Both the position numbers and the translations under genes were made by a program. Below the pieces are notes generated by a model. It had not been told where the DNA came from and made no database searches. It saw nothing but the letters and a program-made list of their open reading frames with translations. A stretch of DNA of 61,585 nt from Halocafeteria seosinensis (taxonomy: Eukaryota), in NCBI GenBank assembly GCA_001687465.1, contig LVLI01000585.1:1-61585 (forward strand), read 5' to 3'. Of the stretch, positions 37,017-49,510 are shown piece after piece (the first letter of the stretch is position 1; every line of letters begins with the position of its first letter).

Positions 37017-40000
37017 TCAATCCGATAACCCTTCTTGTGTGCGTAAATGTTTTATCAAATTCCACAAGGGTTGCTTGCCTTGCTTATATGGGTCTCCCAG
37101 TGAGCACCGTAAACCTTCGCAATACTTCACTGAATTTTCCGGGTCACACCTTAAAGACGGCAGCACTTGGTCGCGCAGGTGAGAAAGGAACACACTTCCC
37201 TCAATGCCCCTCCCATCTGTTCCTGAAATGGGGGGACTACGCTCCGCGCATATAGCGTGAAGCAACACAGCTTCTTTGATGGCTGCATGACATCCGGCAT
37301 CGCGGAGGCTAAAGTGGCCGCGCATAGCAAAGTTAATGGAGGCTGGAACGATAGACTCGAAGACAAACCGTTCAAACTTAGGTTGCGCATTTGCCGGTAA
37401 GGGTCTCGCAGGAAATTCTGACGCCGGTGTGCGCCCTCGCGAGCCCTTTGATGCCGTTTTCGAATCGGCCCGGGTAGATGTTCCATTGCCCTGAGTCTCC
37501 AATAATTTCTTCTTCCCACATGATGACGCTTGTGGGATAGGTTCCAGTGTGCTTTTGTTAGGTAGCCAAACGTCAACAGCCGCTGTAAAAATTTGCAGGC
37601 AACATTTTATAACGGACATCTCCGTTATGTTCAACAGACCGTGCTCTGTACTATCCAAAATTTGCCACAAAAGACCGACATTGTCATCGGTACTCAAAGC
37701 ATCTGCGCAACCGTTGTGCAACATGTGCTGAACAACTAGAAAGAAATGTTTATGGATCTCTCTTCTCTCTGAGGCAAGTTCGCTTTGAGGTGCACTTTCG
37801 GGAGGAAGCAATTCACAGATTCGTTGTATCAAGGGGCCTACCATTCTGGTGACTATTGGGATCATATCATTACGAAATCGGACAAGCATTTGATCAATGA
37901 GTTGTACCAAATCGCAAAGCTCAGAGCATTGTCGGGCCTTCAGCAGCACCGGAAGCGCTTGTGGAAGGCTATCAAGTAACCTCCTGTCTAAGCAAGTAAC
38001 CATTCGGTGCATCAAAAAGACGACCTTAGAACGAATCAAGGTACTGTGAGGAACTCCACTTAACGCTTGTACCGCAACGTTCATGCACCTTTCAAATATG
38101 GATGCTAGTTGCTCATGCTGCAGGAGCCGACCGAATCCCTTGGTAACGTGAGCAATAGCATTCAAACAAAGGTAAAGCCAATCTATCAACCTAGAAAGCG
38201 AATCATCCCCTGATAAAGCATTACAAGAAGAATTCGTAGATTGATGGGATTGATCCCTTAGAAGACCACGAGCCTCTGCTATCTGCATCCCTTGAGTCAC
38301 CTGCTCGAGTACAGGAGAAAGTATCATACTCAAATATTGCGCTTTATCATCGGTAGATATCCAATTTTGTCCAACAATGACTCCGGTTAGCTCAAATATG
38401 AACTGTTGATCCTGGGAAGATAATTGTTTCCCTTCTTTGTTCTGGTTTTCGAACGCAATGGTCAAATGGGGCTGTAGTCCATTTAAAATAGGTTGTGCAA
38501 GCGGGCCAATAGCTTGTCGCCCACAGTGTTTGCAGAGAGTTTTCACCAGTTTCAAGAGGAGATACGAGGTTCGAGATCTTACTGAGGGGTGTTCGTGCCA
38601 AAGTCCTTTCTGGCCTAACATGGCGGAAAGGAGCGGCTCCAAGTGCTCTGGTATCGAGCAGAATACCTGAGCATAGCGCACTGCTACTTCATAGTAGGAA
38701 AGCAGTACCACCCGATGATGATGATTCCACGGGTGAGCTTTGTGGAGAGTTTCCACGCTGTCGTAGAGCGGTTTGCCCGGTTCCAGCTCACTGTTAACAC
38801 TAGAGCCACATTCACCTAAATGATACACCAGACTTAAGAGAAGTTCAGCCTCCTGGGGAACGACGTATAAACACAGATATTGATTAAGGGTATGCTATAC
38901 GGCTTGAACGATGCGAGATTACTTACTTCGAAAGGAAGCCGAACAATAGAGGGCAGTCGCTCAGTGAGCAATGGTGTGATGACTCGAATGAAGTGCTCGG
39001 GCGTAGAACGTAAACCGTTCGTAAAGACCTTCTTGAGGCTCTGCCTAAATTGTTCAAATTCGGCTGTCTCGTCACTTTGCTGGCATCGACAGAAAACAGG
39101 AAGGTCAACAATACACGAAAAAGGATTCTGAACCATTCTTCTCAACTTACATCATTAAAATCAAAATCAGAGGGATATTTGTATCTTCTGATCAAAATTA
39201 GGCACATCCTCTCTAGGTATTGATACAGTCCGAATCCATCCAGATTAGATTTACATAGTTCACCTCGCTCTTTCGACCTTAATTGTTTGATATGCCATAA
39301 TACTTCATCCACTACTGGCAGGACTTCTTGCCACACCTTAAAACCTCCATGATCCCACTCGAGATATTTGAGTGACAGCTCTATTAACCTCTGAACAAGA
39401 TCCAGCGCGATGGGGCGAGCCTGAGCATTTGATATTACATCACTACAGTTAGCGGCTCGAATGCCGTTCTGGGTCACAAGAGCGACAGTAGTAGCTACCT
39501 CCGCTGCGAATTCTGCATTCTCCTCATCGTCTGTATTGACTCGTTGGTTTGATAATATATTGACAATGTTAATCTTGTTATAAATATCCAATTTCGTTAG
39601 TTCGGGCATTCCTTTGTCACAAATGGAGTAAATGCATTCCAGACTCTCCATACGAAGGCGTTGATCCTCCAGACATTCCAAAAAGAGAGGGAAAAACTGA
39701 TTATTCACCACTAAGTAGATATCAATCCAGTCGATATATGACGACATTGAATCCAGGCATAGGCTTACGAGATCCTTATCATTGTACTTATGAGTTTGTA
39801 TGGCGTTATACCAGAAGTTAGTCATTTCCCGAAGATCGTTGCTTTCCCTCATGCTGTCCTTCACGACTACATTATGTTCACTTTCCGTATCAGGTGGACT
39901 TGTACCATGATTCGCTATCGTCACTTCTGTATCCAAGGCCTGGAGCGTCCGAAGACAAAAGTCTACTGCACCTGTGTTGGCAAGATTGGATCCTAATAAC

Positions 40001-40575
40001 AAAACATCCCGAACCGCGGTAGGCCATCGCTCTGGGTAATCTCTCTTTATAGTCCATGCAAGGATGAGTGACAACTTGTTAACTACATGCGCCGGTTCTC
40101 CCTTGAGAGTCCCTACCTCCAGCACTCGCTGAACAAATCGGAAAAGTTGCGTTCTGAATTCCGTCCTGGTTGTTTCGTTTTGGGTAAGATATCCCGGACT
40201 TCGGACAAACGATTCAATCGCTTGCAAGCTGACAAACTTGCTGTTGGGGTTCTTAGTTTCCGTGAGAACCTTGAGGGCGCTCTGCCACGCATTCGGTCTG
40301 TTAGAAAACTGCCTCAAATACTCTTCAGCCGCTTGTTTCTGCTGTATCAAGTGTTGGTGTTGCGAGTCACTCCCAGTATTCACTGGCGGTGGGTTGAGCG
40401 CCGTCTCCACCGCGCGATCAAATACGTTGATATCAATGTCCCCGTCCATCATACCCTGAATATGCTGCTGATGGAGCTGCTCTGGGCTATTGTAGAGCTG
40501 TTGACTATATTGCCGCTGCTGCTGCTGCTGCTGGCAATAGGGAGAAGCTCCCTCCTGCTCCATAGAGGACGACAT
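37017..40575 (-). CDS. XPOT: Exportin-T (tRNA export receptor)
   Basis: Importin-beta-like HEAT pattern: NKLSLILAWTIKRDYPERWP, VKDSMRE, YIDWIDIYLVVN, ICDKGMP, YYEVAVRY, GLWHEHPSVRSRTSYLL and IRSKVVFLMHRMV. Two introns between about 38830 and 39150. Confidence 0.88.
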
Positions 40576-40838
40576 GGTCAGCTTTTGTCAAAGGCAGCGG
40601 GCCCACGGGCCTTGAATGGAGGTTCTCTGGACTAGAATAACATGATGCATCTCACCAATATGAATAGAAACCAGCATATTACGTACGCAACAAGAGGAAG
40701 AGTTTCGTCCGTACACGACAATCAAATGTGAGACTGCTTTCTCTACGGTACGAACATCAAGTTCCTCTTGAATGCGATGTTTGAGGAGCATTCTGAGATA
40801 CTTGATCTCAAGTTAGGTGGGGAATCCATTGAACTATC

Positions 40839-43800
40839 ATGCCGAGCAAAAAACAGAATAAAAAACAGCGCAGTAAACGAGGAGGAGGAGGGGGAAAGAA
40901 AGACGAAGACCACTCGATTCCTCAGGGCGGCAGCCATGGTTCAAATGACTTCCACGGTGCCTTTACTGCAGGCTCTGCGACCACAATGCGTGGCCAGGAG
41001 GGTGATAGAGGTAGCATTGAACCTAGCAGTCGTCAGACAGCGTATGCTGGCCTGTCACGCGATGCACTCGTGGCGAATCTGTTTCCTATCATTCCACTCC
41101 CAGAAGACACCCAGGGAGGCTCCGAAGATAATGCTAGTCCCTCCAAATCGAATTTCGCTCTCCAGAAGCAAAATTGGAAGCATTTTGACATCGACTGGCA
41201 TCTGGGCTACATATGCCCCAAGAATAACCCGAAATGGTCACTGTGCCGCAACATTCATCTGCTAGCTGCTGAGTGGGAGTCGTGTTCACAACATCATGTG
41301 TCACGTTTACTGCAGAGTAAAGTGGCGATAGATCCTCAAACTGTGTACTCCATCGCAAAGAGAACACGTTGTAACGAATGTAGGCACTCGTTAGTACATG
41401 GATTGCAGGATGTTTTCCAGGATAGTGAACGCTTTCGGCAGCTTTTGGAGGGGCATTCAGTCCTGTCCAAGCTTCAACTATCTCCAGCTAGTTCAGGTTC
41501 CTCCTCGTTTTCCCGAGGATCGAACATAAGATTGACCCTGCCAAGCGATCTAAATCCGAAATGGGTGGATGAATTGCTCAACACAATCCAGAAATATTCA
41601 CAAGGAGAAGGTGCCACAAGTCCACCATGGTATGCTCCTCGTTTGGAACCGCAACGCGGGACTACTGGTACTGCAACGGAAGTGGCCGAGGTGCGGCAAC
41701 GAACTAGCCATTCTATTCACTACGGAGGAAATGAAGGGGATAACGATATAGATTTTAATACTGAAGGTGTAGCAGTCATGAACGCACTATATTCTCGTAC
41801 CGTGCGCGCTGTCGACAGCGCTGGCGAGACAGCAAAGTATATTGAAACAAGAAAGGCTATCCTTGGGAAGGATGAGAATACGATGATGGCCCACTCGGAC
41901 GGAAGTGCTGCCATACTGGAAAGTGGGTCTTCTTTGGAAACCGCTCAAAGGATGCTGCATGATACACATGATCAGTACGCTGATATAATACGAGACACAG
42001 CCAGACTGAGTCGCAGCCTCAGGAAGTATAGTTCGTTCTTGAGAGAACACTTGATATCAGCACTAGCCGCTGCGGTCAAGAGGGGAGAAGACCCTGGAAG
42101 GGTGCTACCGAAACGCCTGCTGTCACGCTTACACTCGTACCTTGACTCAAGCGCTTGCAACCTTGATGGATCCTTAACTACCCAACCGAATGATAATTTG
42201 ACCCCTCCTGGTATCAATGTTAAGGAGTACATCTCGCAAATGTATAGTAAGGCAAGGAGCATCGGACAGGGTGCCCTCGAGAGCGAACTTAACCAAAGTA
42301 CCGCGAAGTCTTCTTCACTAGGGAGGACGTACTCTGCCATTGATAAAATAAACGTCGTGGCTGACGTTTTCGATGATATAGCGGAAGCCATCTCTTCTGT
42401 CTGCTCCGATTTGAGGAAACTATGTTGTCAATGTAGTGATCGCTTATCCGGTCGTGGCATTGACCTGGCCAACGACTATGGCTTAATCTGCTACATTCCT
42501 ACGACCGCGGAATTTTTTGCTCCCTCCCATGAACTGCGTCCATGCCAGTTCTTCACGAGCCAAGGGCTGGGTTGCACCAATTCTCTAGACGCCTGCTCAG
42601 CTCATAGTAGTTGCATGCAAAAAGTTGAAGTTTCAGAACTAAGTTTTAGGAAGCATATACACTGCGCTGAGTGTGGGGAGACAATAAATATATGCTCCCG
42701 AGACAATTCGCCTCACTGGACCATGTGGGATGAAGTTCTGTGCGTGAACCACGAACAAACGTCCAAAAAAGCCAACAATGCTTTGCAAAAGTACTCTAAA
42801 CTATGGCGAGCTGATATGCTTGCGATTCAAGGGCGCCTATTGGCTTCTATTATCCAAAAAGGCCTCGTTCCTTTGAGAGATTTGCTCTCCGCTCATCTGT
42901 CGCACGGCTCCGTCTTTCGGGATCTGATGGATTGCGTTCCGCGTTTGATTGAGACCCAACTTTCCCGTAGACAAAAGGAAGCAACCCATGCAGATCGTCG
43001 AAGAACCCTCGTTAATGAATGCTTGAAGGGTGAACCTAGCGGCATTCACTTTTGGTTGGGAACTACTCACTCTTTACAGGCATCCGCCAAGCGCACAGCT
43101 AATTCGTTTTGGCACAAGATATTAGAAACATTTGCTTCATCGACAGGCGAAGTTCTTGTGAACGGCAATGATATGAATGAAACAGGTTCGGAGACCCTAC
43201 GATCAGCCTTATGTGCTAGTTTTGACTACCTGGAGGAGTGCTCGAATAAAGCCCAGTGCTCAGTCACTTTGCCTTTCCGCTTTCCCATCGAGAGTGTGCG
43301 GGTAGACTCTGTGAGATGGGCTCCCTATGGACATAGCAAGGAGAGACAGTTTTCCTCTCTTTCTCAGGTACTTCCGTTCTTAGGATTTCCTCAGGATGCG
43401 TACGTGACAAGCAGAGCCTTGTGCCTCAGGATAATGGAGTCGCGCGTGAAACAGTGGATACATGCTCTTATTTTCGCCTCCAGTATCCTGTTCGACATAT
43501 GGCACGTTGTTCAGCGTTCCGTACCCGCCAGTCAGATCGAAAGACAGGCCTGGAAAACGGATTCACGCCACGTTGAGCAAATGTTTGAACTTAATCCAGA
43601 ATCGCATCTTCTTCTGAGAACGCTGGCCGAAGTGGACGAGCACCTAAGAGGTATTTCGGATGATGATAAACTAAAGCAAGAAATATCACGGGAATATAGA
43701 CATGTTGTGGATGGTTTCGGTAAGAATGCCTCCAGCTATGACACAAATATATTGCGTGCTTCCTTGGCTTCTTCCAAAGGGTTTTCACGCGCTGAGGACC

Positions 43801-45410
43801 CGACTAACCGTTGGGCTACTGTTGCTACAAGAAATATCGAATGCATGCGAACGGAGCAAATGGGTCTTGGAAAAGCCTATACGGCTCTCGTGGATGCTGT
43901 TACTATTGCTGAAAGACAAATGTCTGCGATGACGCCGATATTTTGCAGCATTGAGTATATATTGTCTACTCTGGAATCAAGAAAAGCTGCTTTTTGCAGG
44001 AGTGAAAATCTCACTCAGCACTTTCAATGGATTCTTTATGACTCTTTGCTGCAGCACCTGGAGGATGTTGATGAACTCTACAAAAACAACGAAACTTCAG
44101 AGGATACTCGTTTGAAATCGCTGCAGGCTCGCAGGGGAGCAAAAGAACACTCTTTGAGTAGACCTCCTGAGTCAGAGAGAAAGCAAACTAACACCAGTAC
44201 GAAGAATACAAGTTCTTCCACGAGCCAGCGAGATCGTCTAAATTCTGCTGCGGTAGATAGTAACGGAGTATCCGTCGTGGAGATAGCATATCCGGAGGAC
44301 GGTTATGAAGAAAATGGAGATGAGCAAAGCTCTTGGGTCACCGTTAGTCGTTCAAGGAAGTCTCAATCTACCACAAGAAAGAATAAGCGGCGTAATAAGA
44401 GGAAGGATAAATCCGACGCTGTTGACCACGGGGCTACAGCTGTAACGCGACCTCCTGTGCTTCCAGCATCCGAGTCAAGCCCTTCACTAAAGAAAGTGGA
44501 CCTCAACGGGGGAAAGACGGAATCCCTTACTCAACCAACTGCAACCATTCAAAGGGGGGTAACTCCTTCAGGAGACACAAGAGAGGCAACCAAAGAGGTT
44601 GAAAGTAAAGCGCGTGTACTTGGGTCAATAGAGTCCAGTCCTACAGTAAATAAGGCTCGGGATGCGGACGGGCTTGAGAGGACAATCCACCCTCCACGAC
44701 AAAATGATACAAAACGACGTCTCAAACTTGTATCGGAGTGCATTTCGGACAATGTCCTTCCAGCAGCTGATCGCCAAAGACGCCATGTGGGAAAAAGAAG
44801 TCCTGCAAGCCCTGAGGTAACCGGGAATAGTGCAGCACGGCACTCCGAAAGCTCCGATCACGCTCCTCCAAATATGAACGGGAAAAGACCCGGATCTACG
44901 AACTCGAACTCCATAGCTGAAGAAGTGGAAGACCTTTGCAACGCTGTACTAGGGTCGAACGACGAAAACCTAATGCAGAGTGCAGCTAAGTTCCTCAAAG
45001 ATTTAGTGGAAGAGCATAAGCCCCGTAAGGGAGAGCCAATGGTGACAAGCTCATTAGACGATTCCCAGTCTTTGGATTCCAAATCGCCGGCTCAAAATAC
45101 TGCCCCACAAAGAGTCAAAGCTCATTCCGAGAGCCACCTCCAGCCAGTGAACGGTATACCTAGGGAGGTGTCACCAGCATCACTACAGAAAACGCCGTCG
45201 GTAACTGCTGGTCAGCAGCAGCCACGTCCCTCTCAGTCCCGAGGAACGACACTAGTCCACGCAGCAGCAGTGCAAGATATTCGCCCTCGCCCTTATGGTG
45301 TTCGCATGATTGGCGTAGATAACGCTGTTCCAACAGTTCCCTGGTATGAGTATCCTCAACATATTTTTGAGGCTCCAGACGCAACAGTGCCGGTATGGCT
45401 GCAACGGTAA
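40839..45410 (+). CDS. Large intronless hypothetical protein (1523 aa) with CxxC motifs and a disordered C-terminus
   Basis: Uninterrupted 4.5-kb ORF containing CNEC and CAEC motifs and basic NLS-like tracts. The N-terminal region weakly resembles Nst1/GGNBP2. Confidence 0.8.
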   Translation: MPSKKQNKKQRSKRGGGGGKKDEDHSIPQGGSHGSNDFHGAFTAGSATTMRGQEGDRGSIEPSSRQTAYAGLSRDALVANLFPIIPLPEDTQGGSEDNASPSKSNFALQKQNWKHFDIDWHLGYICPKNNPKWSLCRNIHLLAAEWESCSQHHVSRLLQSKVAIDPQTVYSIAKRTRCNECRHSLVHGLQDVFQDSERFRQLLEGHSVLSKLQLSPASSGSSSFSRGSNIRLTLPSDLNPKWVDELLNTIQKYSQGEGATSPPWYAPRLEPQRGTTGTATEVAEVRQRTSHSIHYGGNEGDNDIDFNTEGVAVMNALYSRTVRAVDSAGETAKYIETRKAILGKDENTMMAHSDGSAAILESGSSLETAQRMLHDTHDQYADIIRDTARLSRSLRKYSSFLREHLISALAAAVKRGEDPGRVLPKRLLSRLHSYLDSSACNLDGSLTTQPNDNLTPPGINVKEYISQMYSKARSIGQGALESELNQSTAKSSSLGRTYSAIDKINVVADVFDDIAEAISSVCSDLRKLCCQCSDRLSGRGIDLANDYGLICYIPTTAEFFAPSHELRPCQFFTSQGLGCTNSLDACSAHSSCMQKVEVSELSFRKHIHCAECGETINICSRDNSPHWTMWDEVLCVNHEQTSKKANNALQKYSKLWRADMLAIQGRLLASIIQKGLVPLRDLLSAHLSHGSVFRDLMDCVPRLIETQLSRRQKEATHADRRRTLVNECLKGEPSGIHFWLGTTHSLQASAKRTANSFWHKILETFASSTGEVLVNGNDMNETGSETLRSALCASFDYLEECSNKAQCSVTLPFRFPIESVRVDSVRWAPYGHSKERQFSSLSQVLPFLGFPQDAYVTSRALCLRIMESRVKQWIHALIFASSILFDIWHVVQRSVPASQIERQAWKTDSRHVEQMFELNPESHLLLRTLAEVDEHLRGISDDDKLKQEISREYRHVVDGFGKNASSYDTNILRASLASSKGFSRAEDPTNRWATVATRNIECMRTEQMGLGKAYTALVDAVTIAERQMSAMTPIFCSIEYILSTLESRKAAFCRSENLTQHFQWILYDSLLQHLEDVDELYKNNETSEDTRLKSLQARRGAKEHSLSRPPESERKQTNTSTKNTSSSTSQRDRLNSAAVDSNGVSVVEIAYPEDGYEENGDEQSSWVTVSRSRKSQSTTRKNKRRNKRKDKSDAVDHGATAVTRPPVLPASESSPSLKKVDLNGGKTESLTQPTATIQRGVTPSGDTREATKEVESKARVLGSIESSPTVNKARDADGLERTIHPPRQNDTKRRLKLVSECISDNVLPAADRQRRHVGKRSPASPEVTGNSAARHSESSDHAPPNMNGKRPGSTNSNSIAEEVEDLCNAVLGSNDENLMQSAAKFLKDLVEEHKPRKGEPMVTSSLDDSQSLDSKSPAQNTAPQRVKAHSESHLQPVNGIPREVSPASLQKTPSVTAGQQQPRPSQSRGTTLVHAAAVQDIRPRPYGVRMIGVDNAVPTVPWYEYPQHIFEAPDATVPVWLQR

Positions 45411-45450
45411 TGTTTCCTGGTTTGTGCCGCTAGCTGTAAGTGTATCCCCC

Positions 45451-47121
45451 TCATATTGAAGGGTTCGTCTTCGTCTTCCATAACTTCAGAAAGCAAAACG
45501 TCGAAAGCGATGCACAACATACCAGGATCCAGAGCGTTGTATTCCAGCCCACAACAGAAGCCAGCGTGGACAAAGGCATGCCAGCAAACGCAGCCCCCGC
45601 TTGACCCACAGCTTTCACAAGTCCTCCAGCTGTCGACTGAATATCTGCAGGGTAATAGAGTGCCGTGCATGGTTAAAATTTGCAGTGGTTGACGCGGTTG
45701 CTTGCTTCGTTGACCTACCGGTGGCTGTTAGTTCCCGCGCAACCAGCCCTATGAGGACATGGGGTCCGAAAGTGAATAACCCCGAGAAGAAATATATAAC
45801 ATAAATAAAGAATTGGTTCATCTGAAATGCAGATGCAAGAAGAAGTAGAGCGAACGTGTTAGCCGCTAGCATGGAAGATATAGCCATTAGAGGCTCTCTC
45901 GCGCCATTAAAATAGATGTCTGAAACAAATCCGATCCCGAGCCCACCACAAAGGCCACCTACTTCCAAGTAGAACAAGCCAAAATTAACCTCTCCTTTTG
46001 CCATACCAAAGACATCTCCAAGCATGATATACGCCCAATCCGACAAAAATGTTCGGCAAACAGAAATCAAGAAGTAAGATGTAGCTAGCAGCCATAAATG
46101 ATAGTCCTTCAAGACAACAGTGGCAGCATCCTTGAACGATCTCGTTTCCGTGTTTTGGGACTCCCGCTGTTGAGCTTGAGAGGCTGTGTCGCGCAAACCT
46201 ATGATCAATCCTCCGGCAATTGCTGCAGCTACTAAAGATGGAACGTAGAATGATGCTTTCCAACCAAAGTCACTTGAAACAAAGAACAACAGTACAGGAC
46301 CAACTATGGCCGATGCCACATTTTGGTTAGTTGAGAGAACACTGTAGAGGCCACCTGAAGAGCACCAACTCCCAGTTGAAAAGGTAGCATGGGTCACACA
46401 AAAACTTTGATGAGCGCTTACCTCTACTACTAGGATCCGGGAAATGCTGCATGAAAATTCTACACAATGCAGGCCATCCAAAACCCTGCAAGGCCCCATT
46501 CAGCGACCACGCTGTGAGCATGGCAAGCATTGCCATGTTTGGTGGCAATACGGTCCACGCCGAAATGACAGCGACATTTGCGACAGCAATTATTGCCAGT
46601 GCCACGGACAGGATCCACTTGGGATTATGAGTGTCAACGAAGTGCCCTCCTGCTTAAGCCAGCCCGAAGCGACTTCTAATTAGGCTAGAGCGATCTTTCT
46701 CTTTACCACTGAGACCTTACCTAGTAGTTTCGTTGCTCCTGATGCAATTTCGAAGACAGTTCCGAATAGTCCCACGTTCGCTACCGTTATGAACGAAGAT
46801 CTGCTGACAATATCATGGATCCAAAATCCGTAGTTCTTTCTGCAAACAAAAGGTGTAGCTAGTGGTAGTAACTCACATGCAACTACTTTGTAGTCCTACT
46901 TACTTGCAAAAGTAGTATCCAATGTAGCTCAGATACAACAGTCCAAAGACGAGCCATTTCCGGTAGCTCTGTTGCTTGGTTGCTGTTCGTCGAGTACCTC
47001 GTTCCTTAGAGCTCGCTGCCAATCCACCATCCTTCTGAGCATCTCCTCCATCATGGTTGGGGGAATTTGTACTTGTAGTGGAGGGTGAAAAATTAATGCG
47101 CTTCCGAACACTTTCCGGCAT
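45451..47121 (-). CDS. MFS organophosphate:Pi antiporter (GlpT/UhpC/SLC37 family)
   Basis: YIGYYFCRKNYGFW, NGALQGFGWP, YSVLSTNQNV, EVGGLCGGLGIGFVSD, FGPHVLIGLVARE and STAGGLVKAVGQAGAAFAGMP. Four introns. Confidence 0.88.
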
Positions 47122-47705
47122 TTCATCCACTCATTCGGCGATTTCATATTCCGCGGAGCGGCAGCAGAGGTTCCACAAATGTGCCAGTATCAATCAAGTT
47201 GAATCAACCCCCGTGGAACTTGAAACTTGAGGGAACATTGTGGTATCTTGTTGGCCTTAGAAATCGTTGTGAACTTTACTACGCTGAACTTCACAGTGAC
47301 GATCCAGAGTCACTGGCAGAGTGCCAAGCACTGCCAACAGCCTGTTGGCAACAGGCAAGTGCTGGAGTACTGCTGCAGTCCGCGGTCCGAAAGATCTGCA
47401 GTGCACTGAATGCACTGTGCGGAATCTTTGGTGGCTTTACTGCCAGTAAATTACTGGTCTCATTGAATCACATGATATAATAATGATCACATGACATTGA
47501 ATCATTATTATGTACTTGATGAGCAACGAAAGACTTGCCCTGTTTGGTTACAAGAAGGCCCCATAAGTTTTTTACAAGTCATCAATTTTTGGTGGAGGAT
47601 ACACGGTAAAAATCCTTCTTGCGGAATCCAGCCATATTTTCTTTTTAGCCCCTGGCTTAGAGGCTCTAAGCTTATATTTTCACGAGGCTGTACCTGAATA
47701 TCATA

Positions 47706-48821
47706 ATGGCAGACAGCACAAGATATCAGGACCTGCAAACCTCTGAGGGCTCTGACGCCTATTGGACACTGAGAGATGCTCTTGCAAAGGCGTTCTACGA
47801 ATCTGGAGGATACGGCGAACAGGGTCATGCAGCCGATCTCCGAAAAGCGCCAAAACAAGTAGAAGAATGTTTTATTGCACGTTATTGGGAGCAGGGCGGA
47901 ACGAAAGAGGGGCTAACACAGACTGTGCGTACCAAATTGCTCGATCGCTTTCGTATACTGGTTGATAAAGAGAGCAGCAGCGATCCGCAGGGTGTTCCTC
48001 ACGGACAACAGTCTATGAGAACTACCGGATATAAATCCAGAGTTGCCCGTGGCAGTATTGCTAGAAAGCTAACTAAAGAAGTGCTTCGCGATGACAACGT
48101 CGATGCTGCTGCTTCTCGGCAAATAAAGGACCGCTCTGAAGAGGTTAAAAAGTGGAATCAGTGCATCGACCGCCTGGAAAAGAGAATCCAAGACCTGAAT
48201 AGCACGATCATCCTTCTAAACGATGGCGTTGAGTCGCCGGGGTCGAACGAAGAAAACCAATACGGACAAACTAAAGCAATCCAAAACGCGTCCGCATACA
48301 TGCGGGAAGCCATTGATGCTGCTAAAAACGAGCAAACGGATCTTTCAGCTTCCGTTCAACTTGCTAACAAAGACATCCGCATCCTGGTGTCATTTCGAGA
48401 GTGGTTTGGTTTGGAGGAGACCAAACCAGAGGATGAAAATAACCTATTTAGCCCTGCAAGAGATCCACCCGCGTTACATCGTCGCAAGTTTGAGGATGAT
48501 GAGGTACATGGAAACAATTCCTCTCGAGAGACAAATGTTCCTGTACTTTGCATCGAAGTAGTGTACAACACCCACGCAAACAGAGTATCAGAGTATAAGT
48601 CTATACCAGGAAAGAAGTCAAAGCTTTTGCATCCTCCCCCAGAGGAAGTCATTAAAGTCGAAGGAAGAATGTATGTCCCGGTGTTCAAGAAAAACGGGAA
48701 GCTCGTCGCAAACGAGACCGTAAACGTGGGGAATCATTGGACTCCGCAAGAACTCACAATTCCACAACACAAGATACCTGAGAGTATCAGAGTACGGCTT
48801 TCTTCAGTTGATTCAGCTTAA
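47706..48821 (+). CDS. Intronless hypothetical protein (371 aa) with a central coiled coil
   Basis: Long ATG-started ORF with protein-like composition; no family recognised. Confidence 0.65.
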   Translation: MADSTRYQDLQTSEGSDAYWTLRDALAKAFYESGGYGEQGHAADLRKAPKQVEECFIARYWEQGGTKEGLTQTVRTKLLDRFRILVDKESSSDPQGVPHGQQSMRTTGYKSRVARGSIARKLTKEVLRDDNVDAAASRQIKDRSEEVKKWNQCIDRLEKRIQDLNSTIILLNDGVESPGSNEENQYGQTKAIQNASAYMREAIDAAKNEQTDLSASVQLANKDIRILVSFREWFGLEETKPEDENNLFSPARDPPALHRRKFEDDEVHGNNSSRETNVPVLCIEVVYNTHANRVSEYKSIPGKKSKLLHPPPEEVIKVEGRMYVPVFKKNGKLVANETVNVGNHWTPQELTIPQHKIPESIRVRLSSVDSA

Positions 48822-49510
48822 GGAGTCGTCACTGTATATATAAAAGCCACAATGAAATGATACCATGCTATCCGTCCTTTGCTGGTAGACCCCACTACAT
48901 ACATGCATTCTTGAAACGTCAAAGAAATTCTTGTAAAGTATCTAGACCCATTGTCGTAAATAACCCGTATAATTGTTATTCTATTTGTATGTGCCTTCAA
49001 TTACCTTCACCAAGGAGAATGCCAACTGGAAGTAACTTGGGGCCAGAACTTTCCATAAGTTACTCTCACTCGGCGTTGTTGATGATTGGTTCCACGCAAG
49101 TGAAAATAAAAGAGGATTGCTCAGCAATTTCAGATAACATCAATGAGACCAATCCCGGGTAAGACCACCATGCAACAGTTCTAGACTCCGGCTTCAGAAA
49201 TTTGCAGTGTCTAAGTTGATTCGCGCACCGCACTCTTCGTTTCTTGTTCAAGGGCTGTTATATGACGGTTTAGTGCATTTGTCCATCACGTCCGCTCATC
49301 GTGATTCTTCATACGTCACCCTTTCCCAGTGGTAGCGCAGTAGGAAGGCCTACCTCTATCACCATGAGGTTCGACGTCCCCAAGCTCGTGCCACTTTCCC
49401 TCCCTAAATTTCCATCTGAGTAAGCCACGCCCAGTTACATATCTGTCTACGAAGCAACTACTCCAATTGCGTGAGAAAAAGACCAAAAGATGTTTCCACA
49501 ATTAACCATT

